A DNA stretch of 64,000 nucleotides from Flavobacteriales bacterium (GCA_041749915.1 JBGTAJ010000322.1:7165-71164), one strand, 5' to 3'. Positions 17,244 through 26,911 are shown, counted from the stretch's first letter. Notes: a model not told the origin generated them from the letters alone. Program-made: numbers and translations.

Positions 17244-19028
17244 TCAATGCACGATCATGAACCTGCCGGACCAATTCGCCCCCGGCGATCCAATGACCAG
17301 CAAGTAGCTGCCATTGGGCAGCATCGACGTGTTCAGCTCACCTTCCCGGCCACTTGACCGGACCGCAGAGCTGTGGGTGCGTGACCACTCCCGCCCCGTG
17401 GCATCCAGCACACGGACCGTAAAGTCCGTTCCGGCATCCGCTGGAATCGAGAAAGATAAACGGTCGGAGGCCGGTGAGGGGTACACGCGCAGCAGGGAGG
17501 CCGCACGGTCGGGACCATCGATGCCCACGCCGTAAGAGCTGTAATGAAGGCGGACCATGGGCGTCTCGCGCGGGTATTCCACCTCGAAGATGGATCCGAG
17601 CATGAGCAGCGATGCACCCGGGGCATTGTTGCCACTGGTGGCGATGTACAGGCTGCCCCCCTGACCCAGGAACTGGATGCCCGCGAAATGATCGCCGGAC
17701 AAGGTCGCACCATTGACCAGCGGCAGGTACAAGGGGATGCCCGCACCGATGTTCGCCAGGTCCTCCTCGGTGATCGTATGGCGCTCCGTGGTATCCACGA
17801 AGGCGATGTTCGCATCGAAAAGAATGCCCCGCACCTGGGCACCGACCGTGGTCCCGTTCCCCAGCAATGCACTGATGCCGGCAGGTGCGATCGGCAGGCT
17901 TACGAGCTCCATCCGGCTGCAGGCCACGAACTCCTCCTCTCCTCCAAGCATGCCTTCGGCCGGTCCGGCCAGCATGGCCATCGCTCCGTAGCGGTTCTCC
18001 CAACCTGCTCCGGTGATGTGGATGACGGACATCCCTGAATTGTCGTTCGTGTCGTCGTCCGGGCCGTCGGCTGTGCCCAGCATGTTCAGGTCAACAGCAC
18101 CCAGGGCGGTCGGTGTCCATTCGGTGGGTATCCGCACCAACACCTCCTCGCCGGGCATCAGACTGTCCACCACGGCACCCGTGAACGGACCGAACTCCTG
18201 ACCATCGTGAAGGATGGTCGTTGACACGATCACATTGCGCAAGGTCCCGGTACCGGAGTTGCGCACGTCAGCCGATACGGTGAGCGCCTCCACCTGCTCC
18301 AAGGGGATCTCGGTGTAGCGCAAGGTCCGTTCGGCGGTGTTGAAAGGGGAAGGTGCCGGGTCATGGGGATACACGGCCACGATGCTCAGGTCCTGGGCGA
18401 GGCGCTGCCTGACGCATACATCATCCACGGCGATGCCGCTGGCCCAGACCCCACCGTCGTTCCACCGGAACCGGAGCCGTGCCGAGGTCGATCCACTGAG
18501 TGCGGAAAGGTCCACGAACAACCGCTGCCATTCGCCTTCCACAGCGGGGATGGTCAACAACAGGTTCCACGTATTGTCGTCCGTGGTCCCTTCGATGATA
18601 GCCTCGCCACTGCCGAAGCGCTGGTCGTGGAACACCCGGCATTCCAGGACGTGGTCCGCACCGATGCTGAGGTCCAGGACCGGCGTGGTCAGCGTCACGT
18701 CCTCCATGGCGCAGTCGCAGGGAGCCGCATCATCGTTGGCCATGAAGAAGCGGTTGCCTACGGGCTCGTTCGGCACCGGGAAGAAGCCGTTCGTGTTCGC
18801 CTCAGCTGCAGTACCCGTGCGCCACGCGTCGACAAGTTCGCCACTGCCATCCAGGCGCAGGGCCTGGGCGCCGATGTCCCAGCCGGCCGGTGTTCCGCCT
18901 GCGCTGAAGTCCTCGCTGAAGAGACAGGCCAATGCCTTGTCCTGGCCCCAAGCAGTCGAGGAAGCCAGCAGCAGGAACAGTCCCGGGAGGGCGGTGGACC
19001 GAAAAGAAGGGAATGGAGAAAGTACCAT
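17244..19028 (-). CDS. Secreted T9SS cargo protein, divergent fourth member of the tandem family
   Basis: It has a signal peptide (...LLLASSTAWGQ) and the same N-domain logic (FSEDFS..., RLRFRWN..., AVDDVCV). There is a CARDB-like middle region and the CTD VYPSPASDRLSF...LPNGSYLLVI. Confidence 0.8.
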   Translation of the reverse strand: MVLSPFPSFRSTALPGLFLLLASSTAWGQDKALACLFSEDFSAGGTPAGWDIGAQALRLDGSGELVDAWRTGTAAEANTNGFFPVPNEPVGNRFFMANDDAAPCDCAMEDVTLTTPVLDLSIGADHVLECRVFHDQRFGSGEAIIEGTTDDNTWNLLLTIPAVEGEWQRLFVDLSALSGSTSARLRFRWNDGGVWASGIAVDDVCVRQRLAQDLSIVAVYPHDPAPSPFNTAERTLRYTEIPLEQVEALTVSADVRNSGTGTLRNVIVSTTILHDGQEFGPFTGAVVDSLMPGEEVLVRIPTEWTPTALGAVDLNMLGTADGPDDDTNDNSGMSVIHITGAGWENRYGAMAMLAGPAEGMLGGEEEFVACSRMELVSLPIAPAGISALLGNGTTVGAQVRGILFDANIAFVDTTERHTITEEDLANIGAGIPLYLPLVNGATLSGDHFAGIQFLGQGGSLYIATSGNNAPGASLLMLGSIFEVEYPRETPMVRLHYSSYGVGIDGPDRAASLLRVYPSPASDRLSFSIPADAGTDFTVRVLDATGREWSRTHSSAVRSSGREGELNTSMLPNGSYLLVIGSPGANWSGRFMIVH

Positions 19029-19065
19029 GGTCGGGGTGCGAAGGTACCGGTTAGGTGGACGGGCC

Positions 19066-19098
19066 GGAAAGTGAAAAGCCCCATGATGTGGTCACACC
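19066..19098 (-). terminator. Hairpin terminator after gcvP
   Basis: GCCCCATG (19068-19075) pairs with CATGGGGC (19088-19095), with a 4-bp inner extension. On the minus strand it is followed by TTTT. Confidence 0.6.
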
Positions 19099-19124
19099 AT
19101 GGGGCCTTGATCCGCCGTTTCAAC

Positions 19125-21995
19125 TCATGCTTCCTGCATCGCATAGTCCTCCACCGGCGGGCAGGTGCAGATCAGGTTGCGGTCGCCGAAGGCGCTGTCC
19201 ACCTTGCTCACCGAGGGCCAGAACTTCCAGTCGCGGTTCACGCTGGCCGGGAAGGCCGCCTTTTCGCGACCGTAGGGATGGTTCCAGGTGTCGGCACAGA
19301 CCTCATCGCTGGTGTGCGGGGCCATCTTCAGCACGTTGTCCGCCTTGTCCGCCTGGCCGCTCTCCACTTCCGCGATCTCCATGCGGATGCCGATCATGGC
19401 CTCGATGAAGCGGTCCAATTCCGGCTTGGCCTCGCTCTCGGTGGGCTCCACCATCAGCGTGCCGGCCACCGGGAAGCTCACCGTGGGCGCATGGAATCCG
19501 TAATCCATCAGGCGCTTGGCGATGTCCTCCACCTCGATCCCCGCCGTGCGCTTGAACTCTCGGCAATCGAGGATCATCTCGTGCGCCACCATGCCTTCGG
19601 TGCCGGTGTACAGGATCGGGTAGTGCTTCTCCAGCTTCGCCTTGATGTAGTTGGCGTTGAGGATGGCGTAACGGGTGCTGTCCGTGAGCCCGGTACCGCC
19701 AAGCATCTTGATGTATCCGTAGCTGATGAGCAGGATGAGCGCACTACCCCAGGGGGCACTGCTCACCGCAGGTACGGCGTGTTCTCCTCCGGTCCTGATC
19801 AATGGGTGACCGGGCAGGAAGGGCTTCAGCTTGTCGTTCACACAGATGGGACCCATGCCGGGGCCGCCACCGCCGTGCGGGATCGCGAAGGTCTTGTGCA
19901 GGTTCAGGTGGCACACGTCCGCTCCGATGTCGCCGGGGCTCGTAAGGCCCACCTGCGCGTTCATGTTCGCGCCGTCCATGTAGACCAGGCCGCCGTTCAT
20001 GTGGATCGTGGCGGTGATGTCCTTGATGCTCTCCTCGTACACGCCGTGCGTGCTGGGGTAGGTCACCATCAGGCAGCTCAGCGTGTCCTTGTACTGTTCG
20101 GCCTTGGCCTTCAGGTCGGCTACATCGACGTGTCCTTCCTCATCGGCCTTCACCACCACCACCTGCATGCCGGCCATCACCGCGCTGGCCGGGTTGGTGC
20201 CGTGGGCGCTGCTGGGGATGAGGGCTATGTTGCGATGATGGTCGCCGCGTGCCGCATGGTACGCGCGGATCACCAGCAGACCGGCGTATTCGCCCTGGGC
20301 CCCGCTGTTGGGCTGCAGGCTCACGGCCGTGAAACCCGTGGCCTTCGCCAGCGCATCGCTCAGTTCGGCGAAGACCTGTTGGTAGCCCTGCGTCTGGTCC
20401 ACCGGAGCGAAGGGATGCAGGCCGCCCCACTCGGGCCAGCTCAACGGCATCAGCGTGCTGGCGGCGTTCAGCTTCATCGTGCACGAGCCCAGGGGGATCA
20501 TGCCGTGCATCATGCTGAAGTCCTTGTTCTCCAACTTCTTGATGTAGCGCTGGAGCTCGAGTTCGGTGTGGTGGGTGTTGAACACCGGATGCGTCAGTAC
20601 CGCGCTCGTGCGCTGCAGGTCGGCCGGCACCGCCATGGTGGAACCGTTGCCCGGGACCGCCGGAGCCTTGGCGCCACAGGCTTCCGCCAGAGCCGCCACG
20701 GTATCGTTCACATCGTTGGGACGCACGGTCTCATCAAAGGCGATGCTGACATGATCGCCTTCGTAGCGGAAGTTGATGCTGCGTGCCTCGGCAGCCTTCT
20801 TCACCTGCTCCGCCTTGATCCCAGCTGGGAGCGTGAGGGTGATGGTGTCGAAGAAACTGGCGTTGACGAGGCCATAACCCAGTCCCTTGGCGGCTTCCGC
20901 CAGATGACGCGTGTGGGCGTGCACGTTCCCGGCGATACGCTTCAGTCCGCTGGGGCCATGGTACACGGCATACATGCCGGCCATCACCGCAAGCAGGGCC
21001 TGTGCCGTGCAGATGTTGCTGGTGGCCTTGTCGCGACGGATGTGCTGTTCGCGGGTCTGGAGCGCCATGCGCAACCCGCGGCGACCACGACGGTCCTGGC
21101 TGACGCCGATGATGCGGCCCGGGATCAGGCGCTTGTACTCCTCCGTGGTGGCGAAGAACGCGGCGTGAGGCCCACCGTAGCCCATGGGAACACCGAAACG
21201 CTGGCTGTTGCCCACGCAGACATCGGCGCCCCATTCGCCCGGAGGCGTCAGCAACACCAATGCAAGGATGTCCGCACACACGGCCACCCGGACACCGGCC
21301 GCCTTGGCTTTGCTGACCAATGCACGGTGATCGGCTACGTTGCCATCGGCGGCGGGATACTGCAGCGCCACGGCGAAGTAGCTGCCGTCCGGAGTGAAGT
21401 CCTTGGCATCACCGACCACCAGTTCCACACCGATGGGTGCGCAACGCGTGCGGAGCACATCGATGTTCTGCGGATACAGGCCTTTATCAGCGAAGAACTT
21501 GTGAGCGTTCGCCAGTTCCTTCGGACGCGCTGCGTAGAGCATGTGCATCGCCTCGGCGATGGCGGTGGCTTCATCCAGCAGGGAGGCATTGGCGATGGGC
21601 AGGCCGGTGAGCTCACTCACCATCGTCTGGTAGTTCAGCAGGGCCTCCAAGCGGCCTTGCGCGATCTCCGCCTGGTACGGCGTATAGGCCGTGTACCATC
21701 CCGGGTTCTCGAACACGTTGCGCTGGATGGCCGGGGGCAGCACGGTGCCGCTGAAGCCCAGGCCGATATAACTGCGGAACACCTTGTTCTTCGCGCCCAG
21801 GGCCTTCATGTTGTCGAGGTGCTCGCGTTCGGTCAGCGCGGGTCCCACGTCCAGGGCTTTCGGCGAACGGATGCCCTGGGGCACGGTGCGCCTGATCAGC
21901 TCATCGAGCGAGCTGACGCCGATGGCACGAAGCATCTCTTCCGTCGCACCGGCATCGGGGCCGATGTGACGCTCCTGGTAGGTCACGAAGTTCAT
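19125..21995 (-). CDS. gcvP: Glycine dehydrogenase (aminomethyl-transferring), single-chain P protein
   Basis: Start at MNFVTYQERHIGPD (ATG 21995..21993). The 956-aa product shows collinear GcvP hallmarks throughout, e.g. NLHKTFAIPHGGGGPGMGPI. Confidence 0.95.
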   Translation of the reverse strand: MNFVTYQERHIGPDAGATEEMLRAIGVSSLDELIRRTVPQGIRSPKALDVGPALTEREHLDNMKALGAKNKVFRSYIGLGFSGTVLPPAIQRNVFENPGWYTAYTPYQAEIAQGRLEALLNYQTMVSELTGLPIANASLLDEATAIAEAMHMLYAARPKELANAHKFFADKGLYPQNIDVLRTRCAPIGVELVVGDAKDFTPDGSYFAVALQYPAADGNVADHRALVSKAKAAGVRVAVCADILALVLLTPPGEWGADVCVGNSQRFGVPMGYGGPHAAFFATTEEYKRLIPGRIIGVSQDRRGRRGLRMALQTREQHIRRDKATSNICTAQALLAVMAGMYAVYHGPSGLKRIAGNVHAHTRHLAEAAKGLGYGLVNASFFDTITLTLPAGIKAEQVKKAAEARSINFRYEGDHVSIAFDETVRPNDVNDTVAALAEACGAKAPAVPGNGSTMAVPADLQRTSAVLTHPVFNTHHTELELQRYIKKLENKDFSMMHGMIPLGSCTMKLNAASTLMPLSWPEWGGLHPFAPVDQTQGYQQVFAELSDALAKATGFTAVSLQPNSGAQGEYAGLLVIRAYHAARGDHHRNIALIPSSAHGTNPASAVMAGMQVVVVKADEEGHVDVADLKAKAEQYKDTLSCLMVTYPSTHGVYEESIKDITATIHMNGGLVYMDGANMNAQVGLTSPGDIGADVCHLNLHKTFAIPHGGGGPGMGPICVNDKLKPFLPGHPLIRTGGEHAVPAVSSAPWGSALILLISYGYIKMLGGTGLTDSTRYAILNANYIKAKLEKHYPILYTGTEGMVAHEMILDCREFKRTAGIEVEDIAKRLMDYGFHAPTVSFPVAGTLMVEPTESEAKPELDRFIEAMIGIRMEIAEVESGQADKADNVLKMAPHTSDEVCADTWNHPYGREKAAFPASVNRDWKFWPSVSKVDSAFGDRNLICTCPPVEDYAMQEA

Positions 21996-22023
21996 GGGTG
22001 GGGTAGGGGTCGAGGAACGGCGA

Positions 22024-22031
22024 CAAATATA
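22024..22031 (-). promoter_or_regulatory. -7 promoter box for gcvP
   Basis: The minus strand reads TATATTTG, 28 nt upstream of the gcvP ATG. Confidence 0.5.
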
Positions 22032-22103
22032 CAGGGTGGGCGAACGGCGCACCTGTCGCCTGTCATCCTCAACAAGCCGGCCTCAGGCCTGTTCGGCAAG
22101 GTC

Positions 22104-22111
22104 TATATTTG
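22104..22111 (+). promoter_or_regulatory. -7 promoter box for the divergent hypothetical gene
   Basis: TATATTTG lies 8 nt upstream of the ATG at 22120, which implies a near-leaderless mRNA. The octamer is identical to the gcvP box. Confidence 0.45.
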
Positions 22112-22119
22112 GCCGCTCC

Positions 22120-22749
22120 ATGCGCATCCTCCTCCTATGCCTGTTCCTTGCCCTCCTTTCCAGCGATGGCCGTGCCCAGGATAGCATTCTGCTGATGAAC
22201 GGCAGGGTGATCAAGGCCGACGTGCTGGGCCAGAGCACCCTGGAGGTGCGCTACCTGGAGTTCGGCAAAAGGGGCCAGGCCCGCGAACGCCAGGAGCCCA
22301 CCAGCGATGTGTTCAGCGTGACGGACAGCCTGGGGCGCGAGCGGATCTGGTACTTCTACGACACCATCTTCGGCAACGACCTCACCGTGGACGAAATGCG
22401 GTGGTTCATCAAAGGACAGCAGGATGCGGGAGATGGATACAAGCCCACATGGACCACGGTGGGCGGTTTCCTGTTCGGTGCAGGCACCACCATCGCCGCC
22501 AACCTGGAGGTGAACGCCTTCTTCCTTCCGCCCATCTATGCCGGTGCCATGCTGCTGCCGCGCGTGAACGTCACGCCGGGCTCCATCCGCGATCCCCTGA
22601 TGGAAGGCAATGACCATTATGCCTACGGCTATGCCCGGGTGGGCAGGACGAAGCGCGTGGTGCGCGGTCTGCTCTCCACCTTCGCCGGTGTCGCGGTGGG
22701 TCTGGCGGTGCGCCAGTTCATCATCAACCCCAACCTGGACGGGTATTGA
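22120..22749 (+). CDS. Hypothetical signal-peptide/membrane protein
   Basis: Start at MRILLLCLFLALLSSDGRAQ (ATG 22120), 9 nt after a TATATTTG box. It has C-terminal hydrophobic segments. I recognise no family. Confidence 0.65.
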   Translation: MRILLLCLFLALLSSDGRAQDSILLMNGRVIKADVLGQSTLEVRYLEFGKRGQARERQEPTSDVFSVTDSLGRERIWYFYDTIFGNDLTVDEMRWFIKGQQDAGDGYKPTWTTVGGFLFGAGTTIAANLEVNAFFLPPIYAGAMLLPRVNVTPGSIRDPLMEGNDHYAYGYARVGRTKRVVRGLLSTFAGVAVGLAVRQFIINPNLDGY

Positions 22750-22756
22750 TGGAGCC

Positions 22757-23659
22757 ATGAAGGATGCTGCCCTGCATCCGGTCCTGCGTGTCCTGGTCCA
22801 TGGTCATGTGCTGCTGGTGCTGGGAGCCGTCGCACAACTGTGGTGGGTCGACCGCCTCTTCCACTTTCACAGTGATCCCGGGCTGTTGGGTGTGGTCGCC
22901 CTGGCTACGTTCAGCGCCTACGGTGGCATGCGACTGCTACGGATGATGGTGCCCGGCCTTGCTACCAACGCGATGATGGGCTGGTACCGATCGAACGCGG
23001 TCCTCCTTCGCGTGCTGGTGCTCGTCTCGGGGCTGGCGGCGCTGGTCCTCGCCTGGCCCTTGCGACACTTGGTGTTCCATGCACTTTGGTTGCCGATGGT
23101 GCTGGCCGCCGGCTATACCCTGCCACTGGCAATGACCGGCGGACGACCGACCGGACTTCGACGGACGCCCTTCCTGAAGGCGGCGATCATCGGCTTCGTG
23201 TGGGCGAGCATCGTGGTGCTGCTGCCGGGCACGGATGAACGGAACGCTGTGCCCTACATCAGCGATGACGTGTGGTGGGTGGCCGCGATCTGGACCTGCT
23301 ATTTCACGGCCATCGCCATCACCTTCGACATCCGGGACCTGCCCCATGACCTGCCCTCCCTGCGCACCATGCCCCAGGTGTTGGGGATCCGAGGAGCCCA
23401 AGTGCTATCCATCCTGCTTCTCCTTCCCCTGCTGCTGACGCTTGTGCTGCTGCTCGTGGCGGGCTACCATCCGATCGAAGCGGGCTGGCGGGAACCGCGG
23501 ATCGACCTGTCCATACTGTTGCCGGCGTTGGGCGTGGTCTGGACGGGCGTCGTCATCGCACGGGCCCACACCCTGCGCGCCTGGTGGTACTGGGACCTGC
23601 TGCTCGATGGCTCCCTGATCCTGTTGCCCCTGCTCGCCTTCGCGGGCGGCCTGCGTTGA
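22757..23659 (+). CDS. Polytopic membrane protein, possibly UbiA-like prenyltransferase family
   Basis: Start at MKDAALHPVL (ATG 22757). It is 300 aa with 8-9 hydrophobic helices and an Asp-rich loop FDIRDLPHD resembling the second UbiA motif. The functional call is weak. Confidence 0.6.
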   Translation: MKDAALHPVLRVLVHGHVLLVLGAVAQLWWVDRLFHFHSDPGLLGVVALATFSAYGGMRLLRMMVPGLATNAMMGWYRSNAVLLRVLVLVSGLAALVLAWPLRHLVFHALWLPMVLAAGYTLPLAMTGGRPTGLRRTPFLKAAIIGFVWASIVVLLPGTDERNAVPYISDDVWWVAAIWTCYFTAIAITFDIRDLPHDLPSLRTMPQVLGIRGAQVLSILLLLPLLLTLVLLLVAGYHPIEAGWREPRIDLSILLPALGVVWTGVVIARAHTLRAWWYWDLLLDGSLILLPLLAFAGGLR

Positions 23660-23698
23660 GCGGATCGACGATCGTCAGGTGCGGCGATCCGGGACCGG

Positions 23699-23706
23699 CT
23701 ACTTTT
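23699..23706 (+). promoter_or_regulatory. -7 promoter box upstream of kynU
   Basis: TACTTTTG lies 11 nt upstream of the ATG at 23718. Confidence 0.45.
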
Positions 23707-23717
23707 GGGCGCCGCCC

Positions 23718-24995
23718 ATGAGCACTTACCACAACACCCTGGCCTTCGCTCACGCCCAGGACGCCGCCGATCCCTTGCGCGCGTTCCGGGAAGAATTCCA
23801 CTTTCCGCAGCATGCCGGTGCGCCCGTGATCTACTTCACCGGCAACTCCCTCGGACTGCAGCCCAAGGCCGCTGCCGCTGCCTTGCAGCAGGAGCTGGAC
23901 GATTGGGCACGCTATGGTGTGGAAGGTCACTTCCTCGCGAAGCATCCGTGGTACAGTTACCACGAAGAGCTCACCGCCAGCACCGCGCGCATGGTTGGTG
24001 CATTGCCGGAGGAGGTGGTGGTGATGAACCAGCTCACCAGCAACCTGCATTTCCTGTTGGTGTCCTTCTATCGACCGCAGGGAAGGCGTGTGAAGATCCT
24101 CACCGAGACCCGCCCGTTCCCGAGTGACACTTATGCCTTTGCTTCACAGATCGCCTTCCATGGCGGTGATCCTGAGCAGGACCTGGTGGAGGTGCAGCCC
24201 CGTGCCGGTGAGCACACCCTGCGCACCGAGGACATCGTGGCGAAGATCAACGAGTTGGGCGACACGCTCGCACTGGTCTGCTTCGGCGGGGTGAACTTCT
24301 ACACGGGCCAGGCTTTCGACATGGCGGCGATCACCATGGCGTCGCATGCGGTCGGTGCCAAGGCCGGCTTCGATCTCGCACATGCCGCCGGCAACTTGCA
24401 CCTGAAGCTTCACGACTGGAACATGGACTTCGCGTGCTGGTGCAGTTACAAGTACCTCAACAGCGGTCCGGGCAGTGTGGCCGGTGCCTTCGTGCATCAG
24501 CGCCACCTCGGGAAGGACCTGCCGCTCTTCGCCGGCTGGTGGGGACACGACAAGGCCGAGCGCTTCAAAATGGAACGCACCTTCAGGCCCATGCCCACGG
24601 CGGAGGCCTGGCAGGTGAGCAATGCGCCGGTCTTCAGCATGGCCGTTCACCGCGTCGCGCTGGAGCAGTTCGATCGCGCCGGGATCGCCCGGCTGCGGGT
24701 CAAGAGCGAACAACTCACCGGGTACCTGGCGTTCATCATCGCGGAGGTCGCGAAGGACACCGACACCGATCTCGAAGTGATCACCCCCAACGATCCCGCC
24801 CAGCGTGGGTGCCAGCTCAGTGTCCTCGCACACGGCCACGGCAAGGCCCTGTTCAACCGCCTCACCGAACGTGGTGTGGTCGCCGATTGGCGTGAACCCA
24901 ATGTGATCCGCGTCGCCCCGGTCCCGATGTACAACAGTTTCGAGGACGTGCATCGATTCGGTGAGATCCTGAAAGCCGCGCTGGTAAACGCGTAA
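23718..24995 (+). CDS. kynU: Kynureninase
   Basis: Start at MSTYHNTLAF (ATG 23718), 12 nt after a TACTTTTG box. The sequences FTGNSLGLQPK, DFACWCSYKYLNSGPG (PLP-lysine region) and VIRVAPVPMYNSF are typical of kynureninases. Confidence 0.9.
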   Translation: MSTYHNTLAFAHAQDAADPLRAFREEFHFPQHAGAPVIYFTGNSLGLQPKAAAAALQQELDDWARYGVEGHFLAKHPWYSYHEELTASTARMVGALPEEVVVMNQLTSNLHFLLVSFYRPQGRRVKILTETRPFPSDTYAFASQIAFHGGDPEQDLVEVQPRAGEHTLRTEDIVAKINELGDTLALVCFGGVNFYTGQAFDMAAITMASHAVGAKAGFDLAHAAGNLHLKLHDWNMDFACWCSYKYLNSGPGSVAGAFVHQRHLGKDLPLFAGWWGHDKAERFKMERTFRPMPTAEAWQVSNAPVFSMAVHRVALEQFDRAGIARLRVKSEQLTGYLAFIIAEVAKDTDTDLEVITPNDPAQRGCQLSVLAHGHGKALFNRLTERGVVADWREPNVIRVAPVPMYNSFEDVHRFGEILKAALVNA

Positions 24996-25018
24996 CACGC
25001 AATACGTCAACTCGCAAC

Positions 25019-26368
25019 ATGAGCGGAAAGAACATCACCATCGTCGGCGGCGGACTCGTCGGAAGCCTGCTCACCGTGTTCCTCGCCAAGCGCGGACACA
25101 CCGTGAACCTCTACGAGCGACGCGCCGATCCCCGCAAGGCGAGCCTATACGCTGGGCGCAGCATCAACCTGGTGGTGAGCCACCGCGGCTGGACCGCGCT
25201 GAAAGCAGCTGGTGTGCACGAGGCCGTGGAGCGTATCGTCGTTCCCGTGTATGCCCGCATGACGCACGACCGCGATGGCGAACTGACCCGCCTGCCGTAC
25301 AGCATCGATGAGCGCGCCATCCACAGCGTGAGCCGTGGCGAACTGAACCGCGTGATGCTCAACGAGGCGGAGAAGCTCCCCGGCGTGAAGCTGCATTTCG
25401 AACACCGATGCACCGGTGTGCACCTCGACACCGGCACCTGCAGTTTCCATAACGAACTGAATGGCGAGAACGTCGCCGTTCCCGCGGACGTCGTCTTCGG
25501 CAGCGATGGCGCGCCCAGTGCCGTGCGCCAGGAGATGATGAAGGGCCGCTTCAACTTCAGCCAGAGCTTCATCGAGCACGACTACAAGGAGATCGCCTTC
25601 CCCAGCAAGGCCGACGGCAGCCCTCAGATGGACCCGCACTGCCTGCACATCTGGGCGCGCCGCTACTTCATGATGATGGGCCTGGCCAACCAGGACGGCG
25701 GCTTCACCGGTACCCTTTTCATGCCGCACGAAGGCGAGTTCTCTTTCGATACCATCACCGACGAGAAGGACCTGACGCGCTTCTTCGAGGCTCACTTCAA
25801 GGACGCCATTCCCATGCTGCCCGACCTGGCCGAGCAGTACTTCCGCAATCCCCAGAGCAACCTGGCCATCATCCGCTGCGGGCCCTGGACCCACAAGGAC
25901 AAGGTGGCGCTGATCGGTGATGCGGCCCACGCTATCGTACCCTTCTATGGCGAAGGCATGAACGCCGGCTACGAGGATTGCAAGGTGCTGAACGACCTGC
26001 TGAACACCCACGGTGACGACAACTGGGGCACTGTGCTCGATGCCTACAACAAGGCCCGCAAGCCCAACGGTGACGCTATCGCCGACCTCAGCCTGCGCAA
26101 CTTCGTGGAGATGCGCGACCTCGTGGCCGACCCGCAGTTCATCCTGCGCAAGAAGATCGAGGGCCGCCTACAGGCCAGGCACCCGGACAAGTGGCTGCCG
26201 CTCTACAGCCAGGTGAAGTTCAGCGACATCGCCTACGTGGACGCCTGGAACGAGGGCCTGCGTCACGACCGCATCATGGAGGAGGTGCTGGCCATGCCCG
26301 GCATCGCCGAGAAGTGGGAGAGCGAGGAGGTGGAGAAGGTGGCGTTGGGGTTGTTGGAGAAGGTTTGA
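25019..26368 (+). CDS. kmo: Kynurenine 3-monooxygenase (FAD-dependent)
   Basis: It has the Rossmann N-terminus ITIVGGGLVGSLL, plus GRSINLVVSHRGW and LIGDAAHAIVPFYGEGMN, characteristic of KMO. Confidence 0.9.
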   Translation: MSGKNITIVGGGLVGSLLTVFLAKRGHTVNLYERRADPRKASLYAGRSINLVVSHRGWTALKAAGVHEAVERIVVPVYARMTHDRDGELTRLPYSIDERAIHSVSRGELNRVMLNEAEKLPGVKLHFEHRCTGVHLDTGTCSFHNELNGENVAVPADVVFGSDGAPSAVRQEMMKGRFNFSQSFIEHDYKEIAFPSKADGSPQMDPHCLHIWARRYFMMMGLANQDGGFTGTLFMPHEGEFSFDTITDEKDLTRFFEAHFKDAIPMLPDLAEQYFRNPQSNLAIIRCGPWTHKDKVALIGDAAHAIVPFYGEGMNAGYEDCKVLNDLLNTHGDDNWGTVLDAYNKARKPNGDAIADLSLRNFVEMRDLVADPQFILRKKIEGRLQARHPDKWLPLYSQVKFSDIAYVDAWNEGLRHDRIMEEVLAMPGIAEKWESEEVEKVALGLLEKV

Positions 26369-26413
26369 CCAAAGGGGACAAGGACCACATCTTAACCGCT
26401 TACTTCCATTTGA

Positions 26414-26911
26414 ATGACCGACACGGATCGGGGAAAGCTGATGGTTCGATCGGCCATTGGAATGAACCTATTGTTCTGCATCATGGGGGCCAACTCATGC
26501 GTAACTGCGGAGGTCAGGGAGCAACAGGCTTCAGCAAGGCGTATCTCCGGCCATTTGGACTCGCTCTCGTCTATTGGTGAACATGGGTACCATGTTGCGT
26601 ACTTCCTAGTTGGACGGTTCAAGAACTCGCCCATGGAGAGGTCGACGTTCCCAATTTCCGTCACCAGAATGGACGACCGACTTCTGGAACGCGCGATCAG
26701 GTTCCGAGTCGTTGATGCGTTGACCTACCAGTTGACCTATTCGTTGGATCACAGCGAAACCGTGTTGATCGGCTATTTCGATCAGGAGTTGGACACTGAC
26801 CTTTTTCAGATCCTGATCGCACGACCGCCCTCATCGGATAGCGCATCACTTGAGCGATCGATGAAGAACGCATCCTACATCGACCACGAGCTTAGGGTGT
26901 ACCGGTATTGA
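26414..26911 (+). CDS. Hypothetical protein in an AT-richer islet
   Basis: This 165-aa ORF is the only sizeable frame in 26369-27173. A possible lipoprotein-like start is MNLLFCIMGANSC. I recognise no family, so its coding status is uncertain. Confidence 0.4.
   Translation: MTDTDRGKLMVRSAIGMNLLFCIMGANSCVTAEVREQQASARRISGHLDSLSSIGEHGYHVAYFLVGRFKNSPMERSTFPISVTRMDDRLLERAIRFRVVDALTYQLTYSLDHSETVLIGYFDQELDTDLFQILIARPPSSDSASLERSMKNASYIDHELRVYRY

Noticed and set aside
21996-22119. A glycine riboswitch upstream of gcvP.
   Set aside because: I read the 124-nt leader on the gcvP strand. It lacks the conserved glycine-aptamer elements (GGAGAG...CACCG...CTCAGGCAA-type cores). It contains only a promoter-like TATATTTG box and short GC hairpins.
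18363-22184. A 1273-aa ORF on the + strand, the longest after PorU2 in the track.
   Set aside because: It runs antisense to gcvP and to the fourth T9SS gene, and it crosses their intergenic terminator. Its translation is a His/Arg/Gly/Ala/Val-rich low-complexity string with no motifs. The opposite strand encodes an unmistakable GcvP. This is a typical stop-poor antisense frame of high-GC DNA.
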